Notes under the pieces: generated by a model
Seen by the model: only the letters and a program-made list of their open reading frames with translations
Databases searched by the model: none
What the model was told of the DNA's origin: nothing
Position numbers and translations under genes: made by a program
Assembly: GCF_009834535.1 (NCBI RefSeq)
Contig: NC_045697.1
Coordinates: 7,814,001-7,878,000, forward strand
Direction of reading: 5' to 3'
DNA length: 64,000 nt
Source of the DNA: Camelus ferus
Taxonomy: Eukaryota
Part shown: in pieces, positions 37,646 to 50,040 of the stretch
Layout of the letters: the number at the start of each line of letters is the position of its first letter
Position numbering within the stretch: the stretch's first letter is position 1

Positions 37646-38408
37646 TTGCCTCCAATCTGAAATTAAAGCAGAAATCAGAGACTTGCATTTTGCTAAATAC
37701 AATTAAAATAATAGCAGCAAGAAAATGAAGACGAAGAAAGAATAGTGATGATATAAGATAAAGGAGAAAGAAATGAAAACCAAGAATCTGATGGAAAGCC
37801 AAGGGAAATAGGGAGTAAGAATGAAATTATAATGAATTTGAAAAGGATATTAGAAAAGTGAAATGAGAAAAAAAAAACAAAAAACAAAGTTAGGATGGCA
37901 AAAGATAAATGAAAGTTTCAACACAGAGGTTTGGAAAAATGTTGATTTTATTTACTCTCCAGGGAGGACCATGAATGCTAGGAGAAAATTAATGCCCTGT
38001 AGATGACCATTTTATCCCATCTATTGATCACAGCATGTATATTATTCTTTGCTCCTGGGACTTTTAAAAACCTTTTTGCCTTCTGTTTCTTATATATTCT
38101 GACTCCTAAAGCACAAATACAAATGCTTTTTCATGTAATTTAAACCAGAATCTATAAAGGGCTTCCAATTCAGATAGAAAAAATTCCAGCCTTTAACCTT
38201 CACATAGATCTTAAACTTATTAAACAGAGGAGAGCAATATCTTAAGTAGACGCATGGAATAAAAAGCCATTGGTGTTTATAATTTTTTTTTTCCATTTGA
38301 GTTCTGTAATTAAAAAATTGCATTAGGTAATTTACATGTGCTAACTCAATTAGTCCTTTTGATGGTCATGGAGGTGCCTTGATAGGAAAACCCTTCCTAC
38401 TGAAAACT

Positions 38409-38589
38409 CAATGGTGATAGAAACCTGCTTCTACTGGATCATAAGGGCAGATTATAAAATATGCAGGGAATTTGTGAGCAATTTGGTAGCTTGAAATTGG
38501 TCGTGGTGGGAATGTATGTATCATGGGAACCAGTCAACATTATAAATTTTTTTTTCTGTCCATAGAGGTAGTTTACCAGCACAGAACTG
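38409..38589 (+). mobile_element. MER63A (hAT-Blackjack MITE)
   Basis: CAATGGTG.. start; TTGGTAGCTTGAAATTGGTCGTGGTGGGAATGT..; end GTTTACCAGCACAGAACTG. Confidence 0.8.
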
Positions 38590-39109
38590 CTTATGTTCTT
38601 GTTCCTTTTAACAGTATAATTTTATTTAATTATCACGTATCTTCCTTAATAAGTTATTCTCTCCATGAGAGCTACAACCTGCATTTTACTTTTTTTTTTT
38701 TTTTTTAGTTTGGACTCCAGTGCCTAGCAGTGAAATCATGAGTTAAAATAGTAAACTTTCCATTTTAGTTATGTTGAAGCATGGAGGTTACATAATTTAA
38801 TAAAGTGAAGGAGCCATGAGACAAGTTTATCTTACTCCAGAATTCTGCTCTGCTCACGGACAATACTGTCCCTCCAAATAGTCAACAAATAATTTTAAAA
38901 AAGAAACAAGAGAATCAAGCACACCCTTTGATAAAAGCATTTGGAGAAAATAACATAGTATGTGAGTGAGTGAGCACAAATCAATCCAGATGATATAATA
39001 TTATTTTTGTCATGGAGATAGTAAATGATCATTTTACATACGAACCCATAAAGGACTCTTGGATATACTATCAAATGATATGAAGATTTTTAAAAATTAC
39101 ATAATGGCT

Positions 39110-39300
39110 AAAAAGTTAAACTCTGTGCTCAACCTAGATTCAAGTCTCATCTGTGATAACTTCCTGGCTTCTAACCTTAAATAAGTTACTCAGTTTATCT
39201 AAGTTTCAGTCTCTAAGCTTCAATTCGAAGTCTCTAAAAACTAAATAAGAAAATTCCATACAATACCTAACATGGAATGAACTAAGTAGAGCAAATAATT
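39110..39300 (+). mobile_element. MIR SINE
   Basis: ACCTAGATTCAAGTCTC..ACTTCCTGGCT..ACCTTAAATAAGTTACTCAG..TTTCAGT. Confidence 0.6.
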
Positions 39301-41349
39301 GGAGGAATAATAAAAATAGTAAACACATTTTAGTTATAAGTGCAGATTTGTTTAAAAGTGGCTTGTCTCCATAATTTGAACTAAAATTAGCTTTTGCTTC
39401 CTAAATTAATGATAATGTGAATCATCTGTGTAGAATTAATTCAAAAGATTGTCTGCTGGAGCAGAGATGACTTTGGAGAAAACATTGTTTTAATTAGCAT
39501 GACTAACGTGGTAACAGAAAGGCATTTTCTGAGAAAATGATCTTAATGAAAGAGGAAAGCGTAGAGATTACGAAAGGAAGAGGCCGAGAACAGGAAAGTG
39601 CAGATTTATCTTTAGTATTTTGTTTTAGGTGGAATTGGCCAGACCCAAACATCTCACAACCTGAGAGGGGTGTGGTTGCAGTAGTTCGTCAGGATGAACT
39701 ATCCCCTTGATACTATCACTTTGCACTAATTCTGTAATAAATAAGTTACCCTCTGATGATTTATGTTGCTTCCAGGATATACCAGAGTGGAGAAGCCTAG
39801 ATAAATAGCTATATCTAAAAGGTTAGCATTTATTATAAATTAAAGGTTTTTGTGTCTGTTTATCAGTCTCTTCTGAACATGAGTAAATCCTGACTGAAAA
39901 TACACCACCAAAATAGCAAATGTCTAGACCTGCAAAGCATGAGAGCACACTTTCAGAAAGGAACATTCTCTCTAAGAAGTGGGCATTGGATGCGCCCTTG
40001 TCCCAGGGACCAGCCAGACTCCCTCCTGGAAATGTCTGTGTCATCCCCTCTAAATGCACAAAGACACGTGCATGTGATAGTTTTGGACATACATAAATGA
40101 TGGCCATCCTTATGGCCGTTGGTTCTTGCATCAAAAGTATTAGAAAAATCTGGGGCTAAAGGCTTCACATTCCACATTCATACTTGAAGAAATGGAAGGT
40201 CATAAAAATGCAAGGAACTGGTCAAACTAACAGAGCCATAGGGAGTCAAATTCTTGGCAATAAGTCTTTTTCTCTCCTGAGTCAAACCAAAGCCCACAGC
40301 ACATTTTGCATCTTATTGATATTAATAAGGAGTGAAATAAAATAATGAATCTTTAATTCCTAATGATGTTTTCTGAAAAGAGTCTTAGAGGGATAAATGA
40401 GTTACTGCCTACTTTTCCAGTGGAGTGTGACTATACCTAATAGGGTAAAAGGCAAACATTCATTTTCCCCTGTGTCTTTCTGTTGTTTTGGTTTCACTTT
40501 CAAATTGCATAACGTATTTGTCAAATATGTAACCATCATTGAATAGTTAATGATTATCTACTTGGTTATTTTCAATTTCAAGTGCATTGCTTTGTTGCAT
40601 GGTATCACTTAATTAATATGATTAATTGTTCCTAAAGTGAGCTTTCCTAGGACTAGAAAAATAAATTAAAAAGGATATTTTTTTAAAGCTCACATCCTAA
40701 GCAGAGTACATTCAAGTAATATTCTCAGACTAAATTAGACTATGCTGGTGTTTATTTGTTGATTTATTTTTTAATCATGAATGGCTGTGTTCTCTAGTAC
40801 ATATAAAAGTATTTAAACAGAAGCGTATAAGAACAATGAACTAGCACTTCCCAACTGTGGATTCATTTGTTTAATGCCAAGTGCAGCTTTTTTCCATTGA
40901 GTCCATTTCTTTCACAATAACTTAAATAATTATAGTCACCAATAGTACTAAAAAACTAATTAAAAATTAATTATTTCTGTACATCTACTAAATCTTCATA
41001 TTTTTAGCCAAAATTACTTTGGCTAATGCTTTAAATCATCTTTGAAAAATGAATTGACTCCAAGAGCACCAAATAAGAAGCAACACGGCCAGTAAATCAG
41101 GATGGCTCTACAGTGAAAGTCAATGCTGATCACTGCCTGATGGTTTTGACTGGACACTGGAGCAGCTAACATGCCCCCTCAGGACTTCATGGACCACACA
41201 CACACAACCACAGTACACAAGTGACCTTAAGATGATTGCATAATTTTAAAAGAGATGTAGAGACATGTTTAAGAATTGTTGGTACCAGCACCTTTTTGAT
41301 TATTTTCTTTTAATTAAGCACACATGCAGAAGTGCAAAACTGGACATAG

Positions 41350-44300
41350 ACTCATAAAACTTCAGAGGTTTAGCAAATTTACACTGCACGTGAGTTTATC
41401 ACTTTCCTTGTAAAATGAAGGTAGAGATGGAAATCCATCTCAGAGCATTTTAGGATGATTAAATGGAACTGTAGACGCCCCGTGCTGAGCACTGCATCCA
41501 GCACAGTCATTCATTTGTACATAATCCACTTTGCTAGTGTCAAGGCACACTGTGTATAAATCTAACCCCTATTTTCAAAGCTCCTCCAATAGTGTTTATG
41601 ACTCTTTCCCTGTGCTATTCTTCCTTTTTTTTCCCCTAAAAACATTAGTCAACTCTCGTGGCTCACTTATCATGAATATACTAATGTTTCCCAAATCTGC
41701 ACTCTAGCTCAGACATTGCTTTGATCTCCAAAGCCATTGTTGCTGCCTTTTTATAGCTTGTACCCATTCCTTCCTCTACACATACTTCAAAGTCCATGAG
41801 GACTCAGAAACCTTTAAAGCTTTTAAACCTGTAAATATACTCATCTGTCTTTTTCATCTCTGTCTTACCAGAGGTGTGGCGTGGTCACATATGAATGGTC
41901 AATAATCATTCAGTTTTCAAACAAGACACTTCAGTTTTCCTAAATATCCTGATAGTCTTTATGTTAAATTAAATAAGGTCTGATTCCCCCACAATGCCTC
42001 ACATTTGTCCCTATAGCATTATTATTTTTACTGCTTCCTTGTTTCTTACCAGGATTTTTTTATGTAACCAGCTAATGTACATTCCCAGGTGTTCCCACTG
42101 CAGCCTAGTAGACAGGACTCAAAGGTACTGGAGGATAAAAGGAATTACCCACTGTGAAGTTTAACTGTGAAGGCTAGGTGAGAAAAGTGTCCCAGGAATG
42201 ACTAGATCCAGAATGATGGCTCAGGGTTCCGTTTCTGCAGGCTTCTTTCAGACAACTTGGGATCCAACCAGGGCAGTTTTATCTCCCTGTAGTCCCAACT
42301 TGCAGCTCCAGTGAAAAGGGAGCTTCAAGCTCGTGGTAGCTGTGGAATATACAAGAAAAGAACACTTCTCCTTTGGAGCAATAGCTCCAGGAGGTCGGTG
42401 CACCGTAAACATCTCAATCTGAGACCATTATTCATCCTTCCAGACAAAGTAAGGGAAGGTGTAATGATCAATAGTCCCATTAGAACCAGTTAATTGTGGA
42501 GCAAGGCTTTCCCTCAAATTAAGAATGCTGAACCAAGAAAAATTAGTTATTTACTCTAGGAGTCAAAATTATGTTCACCGCAGGTGACTCTAACCTGCTA
42601 CTCTGGCTGATAAACTTTCAGTCTCCCTAGTGTGCCTACAGATTACAGTGCAAACTCATTCGCGTGATAAAAAAGATACAAAATTTGATCTCATATTTCT
42701 TTCAAGTCTTTTCAAGTCACTGCCTTCCTGCTCCTATACTTGACATACTGCAGATAATGAGTCATTCCCTAGGGAAAAGACACACAAACACACACACACA
42801 CAACCTTAATACAATGTACTTCTATCCACAAGGGCTTTGCTCATTATACTTCTCAGTAGAATTTCTCTGTCCAGAATGCTTGCCATGTTTTCCAGCCATT
42901 TCTGAGAAACCCCTTATTATTTGTCAGTTTCAAGGACAGTATTACCCTTTTTATACTGTTTTAGGGAAAAATCAATATTAAGTCCCTCTTTAGCATCAGC
43001 AATGCTTTGTATATGCACTTGATTGAAGTCCTAGTACTAGTACTGTTTGGAGAGTTGATATGAAGGTTATATATTATATTAATATGAAAGATATATGTTA
43101 TATAATAATATGAAGGATCTATATCATAGATATAATAAAAATATAAATGTATGATCTAAAATGTGGATTATATCCCAGTATGTGTGACACTGAGCAAGTT
43201 ATTTACCACCTGGAACCTCCCTATTCTTATATATTAAACGTGAATGATGATAATACTTATCTGGCAGGATGACTTTTAGGACAATTTAGTGGCACAAACT
43301 CTTCTTTTGGCTTCTATTCTCCCTTCCTTGAATTTTTCCTCTGACCTCACTACCCATTCGTTCTCCACTCTCCTTTGCTATCTCCTTTCTTTGACTCAAA
43401 AATGTGTTAAAGCCCTCAGAGTTTGGTCCTAAAAGTTCTTCCTTTTACCCTAGCTACATTTTATCACTATAAGAATTTGCTCGATCTCATGTTTTTAAAG
43501 ACCACTATATAATTTTAGATCCAATTTTTAATCACTAGCCATCAACTTTTCACTAAACTCCAGAAATGTGTATCTAAGCAGACTTCAGGTACACATCAGA
43601 CTTATCAATTCTAATACAAAACTCTCATTCCCTATACACCACGCTGGTCATTTTTCTACCACCAATCATAGCACCACCTCCCATGTGGTTGCTCAAGACA
43701 AGAACATAGAATTCATTCTTGATGGCTCTCTTCCCTTGACCTTGAACCCATTAACAAGCTGTATAGACTGAACATCCATATGGATCCCAATCAACACATT
43801 CTCACTGTCTCCATCATCACCACTAGGTCCAAGGTTTCATCGTTTTCCAGGAGAACGTCCAAAATCAAATTCTATCTCTTTTTCCATAGTTTCTCAGCAG
43901 TTCTCCCTGAATCTTTCCCCGCAAGTAACCCTTAGATTAAATTTATAAAGCCTAAAATGTTTTCATCACTCTCTTGTTTAAAACCTTCTAATAGCTGCCC
44001 GTTATATTTTGAGTAGCATCCAGTTGCTTGCCATGAATGAAAAGCAACTATTTTCCTACCTCTCTATGCAGCTAAACACTCAAGTTAAGTTCCTTATGTG
44101 TTTAAAGAAACAGCAGTAAAAGACAAGGTTTGGAAAAACAATCTTCTCAGAATTGAATCCCAGCTCTGCCACATAGTAATGCCTGTAACTTATTTAAAAC
44201 CTTCCTGACTCAAATGAAAAATGGGAACGAAAATAAATGTGTCTTCTGCAGATGTTTGCTTTTAGGATTAAATGAGTCACTGTCTAGATCAGTCCCTGGC

Positions 44301-44925
44301 ACATGGTAAATACCATAAACATGTGTGCTGGCTTTATTTATCAGTTCGCTCACTCACTGTCTTTCACGCTGGAGGGTGAACTCTGTAAAATTGGTGATAT
44401 TTTCTTGTTCGGTGCTATTTTTCCAATATCTAAACCAGGATCTAGAATATAGGAAAGTTTCAATACATATTTGTTAGAGAGATTAGTAAATGATCAGTGC
44501 ATGTGTTATACATGAAATGTAGTATACATTCAGTAAGTTTATCAATTTTCTAAAACATTTTAATTGTTCTCACCAATGTGAACTTGGTGCGGCCAAGACA
44601 GAAGGTGGGCTCCCATAAAGCATTCATATGTTATGATCCGGATCTGGGCTTTAAGCTCTTTATGTGGATTATTTTACCTAATTCTCATAACAGTCATGTG
44701 AGATAAATTGAGTGTCCATTTTCACAGATTAAGAAATTTACATTCAGTAAATGTCTAAGTCTTTTCTAAGGTCATGGAATTAATAAGTGACACAATCAAG
44801 GCTTTAGAACCTCAAACCTTTTATCTCCTTTCCTCGCTGCACTGAAACATCAGCTTATTCATTTTTCTGAAGCACAACACATACCATAGGCTACACTCAT
44901 AATCAATGTTTGTGGAGTGAATTGC
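41350..44925. mobile_element. Mosaic of L2 (about 41570-42100, 42700-43050, 43300-44090, 44345-44490, all +) and MIR fragments (41350-41530 +, 42385-42600 -, 43170-43290 +, 44100-44335 +, 44610-44820 -)
   Basis: L2 motifs (CAGGTACACATCAGACTT..CAAAACTC, CATTCTTGATGGCTCTC, TTTAAAACCTTCTAATAGCTGCCC, CAATACATATTTGTT) and MIR cores (TTGAATCCCAGCTCTGCCAC, CCATTTTCACAGATTAAGAAA, GAGCAAGTTATTTA). Confidence 0.65.
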
Positions 44926-46109
44926 ACATAGATGACCATGACCAGAGAGATGTTGTTGAAAGAAACATTCCAGAATTAAAGTTGCAAAGGTAGTCTTCCC
45001 CGTGCAATAAAATAATTTCATGAGATTATTATTTTGATGTATGCAAGTGCTTAAACTTCTACTGGACATTCAGAGATAATTAAGAGACATATTTTTACAA
45101 AGATAGCATAAGCGTGTATCAAAATTATTCTAATACTGCATTGCCTTGCTTCTATTTTCATGGTTCAATTATGGAAATTATTTTTGTAAAGTGAAGACAA
45201 TTCCATTTTAACTGATCAGGGAATTCGTGGGCTTCTTTTATAATATCAAAATGCCTGAGTCTTAGTCATTGGAATTCATTCTCTCTGGACAAATGCATTC
45301 AATTGCCCAGTATGATTAGACCATTGTCAAAGGTACTTGAATTCTGATGCACTGTTCCTCTGATTATACTTATCTTTGCAGATCTTCTATTATGAGGCTT
45401 TAAATATCAAAGATTTTTTTTTACTTATCATAAAGAGTTTGCAAAAAGAATAATGAGACTGATATGAATCCCACAAAATAGACCTTTTTTAATTAACATT
45501 TTTTGGAAAATCCTCTTTTAATATTCATTCTCTGTAGTGTCTTTTAATCTAAAAAATCAAAATATTCATTTAATAGGCAATGTGACGAATAGTGGAGTAC
45601 TACTTAAATCAGAGAATATCTTAATTATCTTTTCTTCCAGAGATTTCAGACAATGTGATGACTATTTTAAAGCGTGTACTATCATTGCTGCTATATATGG
45701 CATAATTGCACTGTTATAATAAAAGAATTGTTAATATTTGTGTTGATGGGAATTTTCATGCATAGTTGAAACGGTGATTTATATCTAAGACTTCAAAATG
45801 AAAAGCAAAGCTTATTTAAACATCAAAATTGAGCAATGAGGAGGTAGAGGGGCATACGTTTAGCAACAAATGCATTTCTTAATTTACTGCAAAGACAGAA
45901 AGCTTCTCTGCCAGCTCTGATTTAGAATATCTTTCAACTTTTGTCTCAGAATGTCTCTGGGTCTCGGCTTCTACATGTGAAAACAATTTCTAACACACTG
46001 AGATGTCTGTGAGGACTTAGTGAGGCCACTTCTCCATCTTAAATGCACTCCTTGATTATCTTCCTCCTCTTTCAAATGTGTTTCTCACATTCCAACCTCA
46101 GATGTCTTT

Positions 46110-46255
46110 TTTCCTCTATCTTTTTAACATTTTGCTAAAACATGTATCATATAAAACTTACAACTTAATCCTTTTTAAGTTTACAATTCAGTGTTGTCGA
46201 TTACATTCAGGATGTTAGGTTACCATCGCCTCTGTCCATTTCCAAAACGTCTTTA
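46110..46255 (-). mobile_element. L1MA/MB 3' end fragment
   Basis: TTTTAAGTTTACAATTCAGTG..TACATTCAGGATGTTAGGTTACCATCGCCTCTGTCCATTTCCAAAAC. Confidence 0.7.
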
Positions 46256-46309
46256 AAACATAAAACAGGACATTTCATGATATGTTTGATACTCTTCAAT
46301 ATATGTCAG

Positions 46310-46516
46310 GAGCAGACGATATCATTGGTTGGGGATCCCAGGTGGGACAGAATGGGACAACCATGTGAGATTTCATCACGATACTTAGAACAGCCTGCTA
46401 TTTAAAAAATATAAATTGTTTATTTCTGGAATTTTTCACTTAATATTTTCAGACAGCAGTTGACTAGAGGCAACTAAAACCATGGAAAGTAAAACTGTGG
46501 TTAAGGGAAGCTACTA
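46310..46516 (-). mobile_element. MER44/Tigger7 fragment
   Basis: GAGATTTCATCACGATACTTAGAAC..TTGTTTATTTCTGGAATTTTTCACTTAATATTTTCAGAC..TAAGGGAAGCTACT is the reverse complement of the MER44A 5' end. Confidence 0.8.
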
Positions 46517-46719
46517 TATTTACCAGTAATACTGCAAATACTTTTCCCCCACCTCGGCCTTATCACATCAACATATATATACTATATAGAAAGTCAAGAA
46601 TCGTGAGCTCTGTTGACCTGCAGTTTGAGTCTGGGCCATTGCTGGCAAAAACAATGGTTTATGTGTTTTGGTGCTTCATATATGTTGTTGTTTAATTTGT
46701 ACCATATTTTGTAAGTTTC

Positions 46720-47524
46720 TTGGGGACAATGATTAACCAAAACCAGATACAGACATCACAAGAAAGTATAACTACAGCCCAATATATTAATTTTGGTGGA
46801 AAATTCTCAGCAGTATATTTGTAACCCAAATCCAGATTGTATACCATAACCAAATGAGATTTAGCCCAGAAATTCAAGATTGCTTTAACATTCTAAAACC
46901 AATTAATACAATACATTATTTTAGTAAAGAACAAAAGCACATGATCATCTCAATAGTTTCAGAAAAATTGACAATATTCAGCAATTTCTTTTTTTTATAA
47001 AAACACTCAAAAAAACACCTTTCTGAACTTGACAAAGGGCATCTATGAAAAATCCACATTATAACATTATAATTACTGGCGAAAGACTAAATGCTTTCCT
47101 TCCAGGATTCAAAAAAAAAAAAAAAGACCTGGATATTCACTCTATCACTTCAGTTTAACCTTGCACTGGAGGGTCTAGTCAGAGCAATTAGAGAAGAAAA
47201 ATAAAATGTAGTAACTCAAATTGAAATGAAAGAAGTAACTATCTCTATTTTCAGATGACATCACCTAGTATATAGAAAATCTGAAGAAATTTTAAGAAGT
47301 AATAATAGAGCTAATAAACAAGAGCAGTGTAGTTTCAGGACATGACATCAATATATGAAAATCAACTACATTTCTATACACCAGCAGTGAGCAGCCTGAA
47401 AGTAAAATTCTAAATCAGAAACAATTCAAACAATCTGAAAATAAAAACAATTTTATTCACAATATCACCAAAATATAAAATATTCAACACAACATTGTAA
47501 AATGACTATAACTCAATAAAAATG

Positions 47525-47571
<47 letters not shown>

Positions 47572-49255
47572 CATATTTGGGAAAAAATCAACAAAAAAGT
47601 AAGATTTGTATACCAAAAATGACAACATAATGCTAAAGGAATCAGAAATCTAAAGAAATGGAATGACATTAACATTCACACATTGGAAGACTAAATATTG
47701 TTAGCATGGCATGATTCCCTAGATTGACTACATCTTCAATATTTCCTATCAAAATTATAGCTGTCTTCTTCACACAAATTGATAAACTGATCCTGAAGTA
47801 TGTATAAAAATACAAAAGAACAAGACTAACCAGACAAATGTTTCATAAAAAGAATGAAGTTTGAAGACTCACACTTCTTAATTCAAAACCTACTAAAAAG
47901 CTGCCTTCATCAAGACAGTATGGTTCTAAAGGTTCTAAAATGGAAAGAGTCATATAGATCAATGGAATAGCACTGATAGTTCAAAAATAAGCCTTTATAT
48001 TTATAGTCAATTGATTTTGACAATAGTGACAAGATAATCCAATGGGGAAAGAATAATCATTTTAACAAATGGTGCTGGGACTACTAGATAATTACATGTA
48101 AAGGAAAAAATTTAAAACTCTACCTTACACCATACAGAAAGTTTGTCTCAAAAAATGTAATAAAACCTACACGTAAGAGCTAAAATTATAAAACCCTTAG
48201 AAGAAAAAAAGGTGAAAATATTTGTGACTTTAGGTTGGACAATAGTTTCTTATATATGACAACAAAAGTATAAATGACAAAATATAAATTAAATATCATA
48301 AAAAATTAAAAAATTTTAAACATAAGCGCATCAAACACCTTTAATAAACATGAAGGACAGCCTATAAACGATCCTGTGGGACAAAATATTTACAAATCTT
48401 GTATTTTATAAGGGACTCGTATTCAAAATAAAAGAATCTATTACAAATTAAAATATAGAGCTAACCCAATTCAAATGTGGGCAAAGTGTTTGCATAGACA
48501 TTTCTAAAAGAAGATACAGAAGTAGTTAATAAGCACATGAAAAGACACTCAAAATCATAAATAATTTATGAGAACTCAGTTCAAAATACAACAAAATCCA
48601 TTTTCATACTCATAGATATGACAAATCAAACAAAGCAGATAAGTGTTGGTGAGGTGGTGGGAAAACCTGGAATGTAAAGTGTTGCAGCCATTTTGGCAGA
48701 TCTCAAAATCTTAGAGTTACCATATGAGCCAGCAATTTCACTTCTAGTTATTACAAGGTAATAATAAAAAAAATCTTAACAAAAATGTGTACGTGAATGT
48801 TCACAGCAGCATTATTTACAACAGCCAAAAAGTACAAACAAATGCCCGTTGACCAGTGAATGGTAAATAAAACGTAGTCTCCCCATACAGTGGAATATTA
48901 TTCTATCATGAAAGAGAATAAAGCATTGATTCATGCTGCCACATGAGTAAACCTGGCACACAGCACGCTAAGTGATGAAGGCTAGATACACAAAAACATT
49001 CAATGTGTGATTCCATTTATTTGAAACATCCAGAATATACAAATTCTTTGAGATGGAATGTATACTGGTTGTTGTCAGGGTCTTGGGGAAGTAGGGAATG
49101 GAGAATGAATGCTAATGGGTATGAGTTTTGTTTTTTTTTTGAGTTTTAAAAATGTTCTTCAATTATGTAGTAAGAGTAGTTGTTTTCCCTTAAAAGCCAC
49201 TGAAGTGTACACTTTGAAATGGTGAATTCTTATATAAATTGTATCTCAACTAAAA
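46720..49255 (+). mobile_element. L1MB-like element, ~2.5 kb, ORF2 (RT to Cys-rich domain) plus 3'UTR, decayed
   Basis: CACATGATCATCTCAATAG, TTTCAGATGACAT (FADD motif region), ACAAATGGTGCTGGGA (KWCW), TGTTCACAGCAGCATTATTTACAACAGCCAAAA, ends ..GTGAATTC..GTATCTCAACTAAAA. Confidence 0.9.
47485..47570 (+). mobile_element. Very short young L1 3' end with (TAAA)n tail nested in the old L1
   Basis: CAACACAACATTGTAAAATGACTATAACTCAATAAAAATGT then (AAAT)n; possible imperfect TSD ATAAAATATT / ATAACATATT. Confidence 0.85.
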
Positions 49256-49481
49256 CTAGTATGTTGAGTTATAATGCTGAATAGCTGAGCTCCAACCCCA
49301 AAGTCTCCTGAAGTCATGTACTTAAAATACACAAAGACGCATATCAATGCTCTTCATTCAAGTGTAAAGTATTAATATTGGACTAAATGTAGAGTTATCA
49401 GGTGTTAAATTTTGATGGTAATGATATTGGCCACTTACTATGTGCCAGGTGATTTACTAAGCACCTCATCTACTTTACCTG

Positions 49482-49720
49482 CAGAAGTTAGAATAGTGGT
49501 TGCCAGGGGTGGTTGTGGTGGCAAGAGAGTGGGGAGGCTGAGTCACCATTAACAATCATGGAGTTTCTTTTGCAGTGATTAAAATATAAAATTTGATATC
49601 ACTGATGGTTCTTCAGGTCTGTGAATATACTAAAAAAAACACTGGATTGCATAGTTTAAAGATCAAATTTCATGATATATGAATTATATCCAAATAAAAC
49701 TCATTAAAAAGAAAAAAAAG
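49482..49720 (+). mobile_element. L1M 3'UTR end fragment
   Basis: TAGAATAGTGGTTGCCAGGGG..CTGTGAATATACTAAAAAAAACACTGGATTG..ATGAATTATATCCAAATAAA. Confidence 0.75.
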
Positions 49721-49789
49721 GAGATTTTAATCAAAGAAATAACAATAATTTTATCATTTATTAATATTAATTGTACTGATATTAAGAAT

Positions 49790-50040
49790 AATTCACAATT
49801 ACTAATATTTTATTTGTCTCAGACTTTGAGCTAAGTGCTTTTTCATCTTTAGTCATTAAATAACCCCAGGTAGTGCCATCAGTATCTTTAGCATCCTTAG
49901 TGTACAGATGAGAAGACTTAAGTTTCAATGTGGTTCATATCTTTTCTGGAGACAAACAACTAGAAAGCGCTAGTACCAGGATGCAGATCCCAGTATAAAA
50001 TCCCAGAACTAGAGCTTTACATCTCTAAACCATGTGCCTC
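49790..50040 (-). mobile_element. MIR SINE
   Basis: GCTAAGTGCTTT..TACAGATGAGAAGACTTAAGTTTCA..ACAACTAGAAAG..CAGGATGCAGATCCCAG. Confidence 0.7.
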
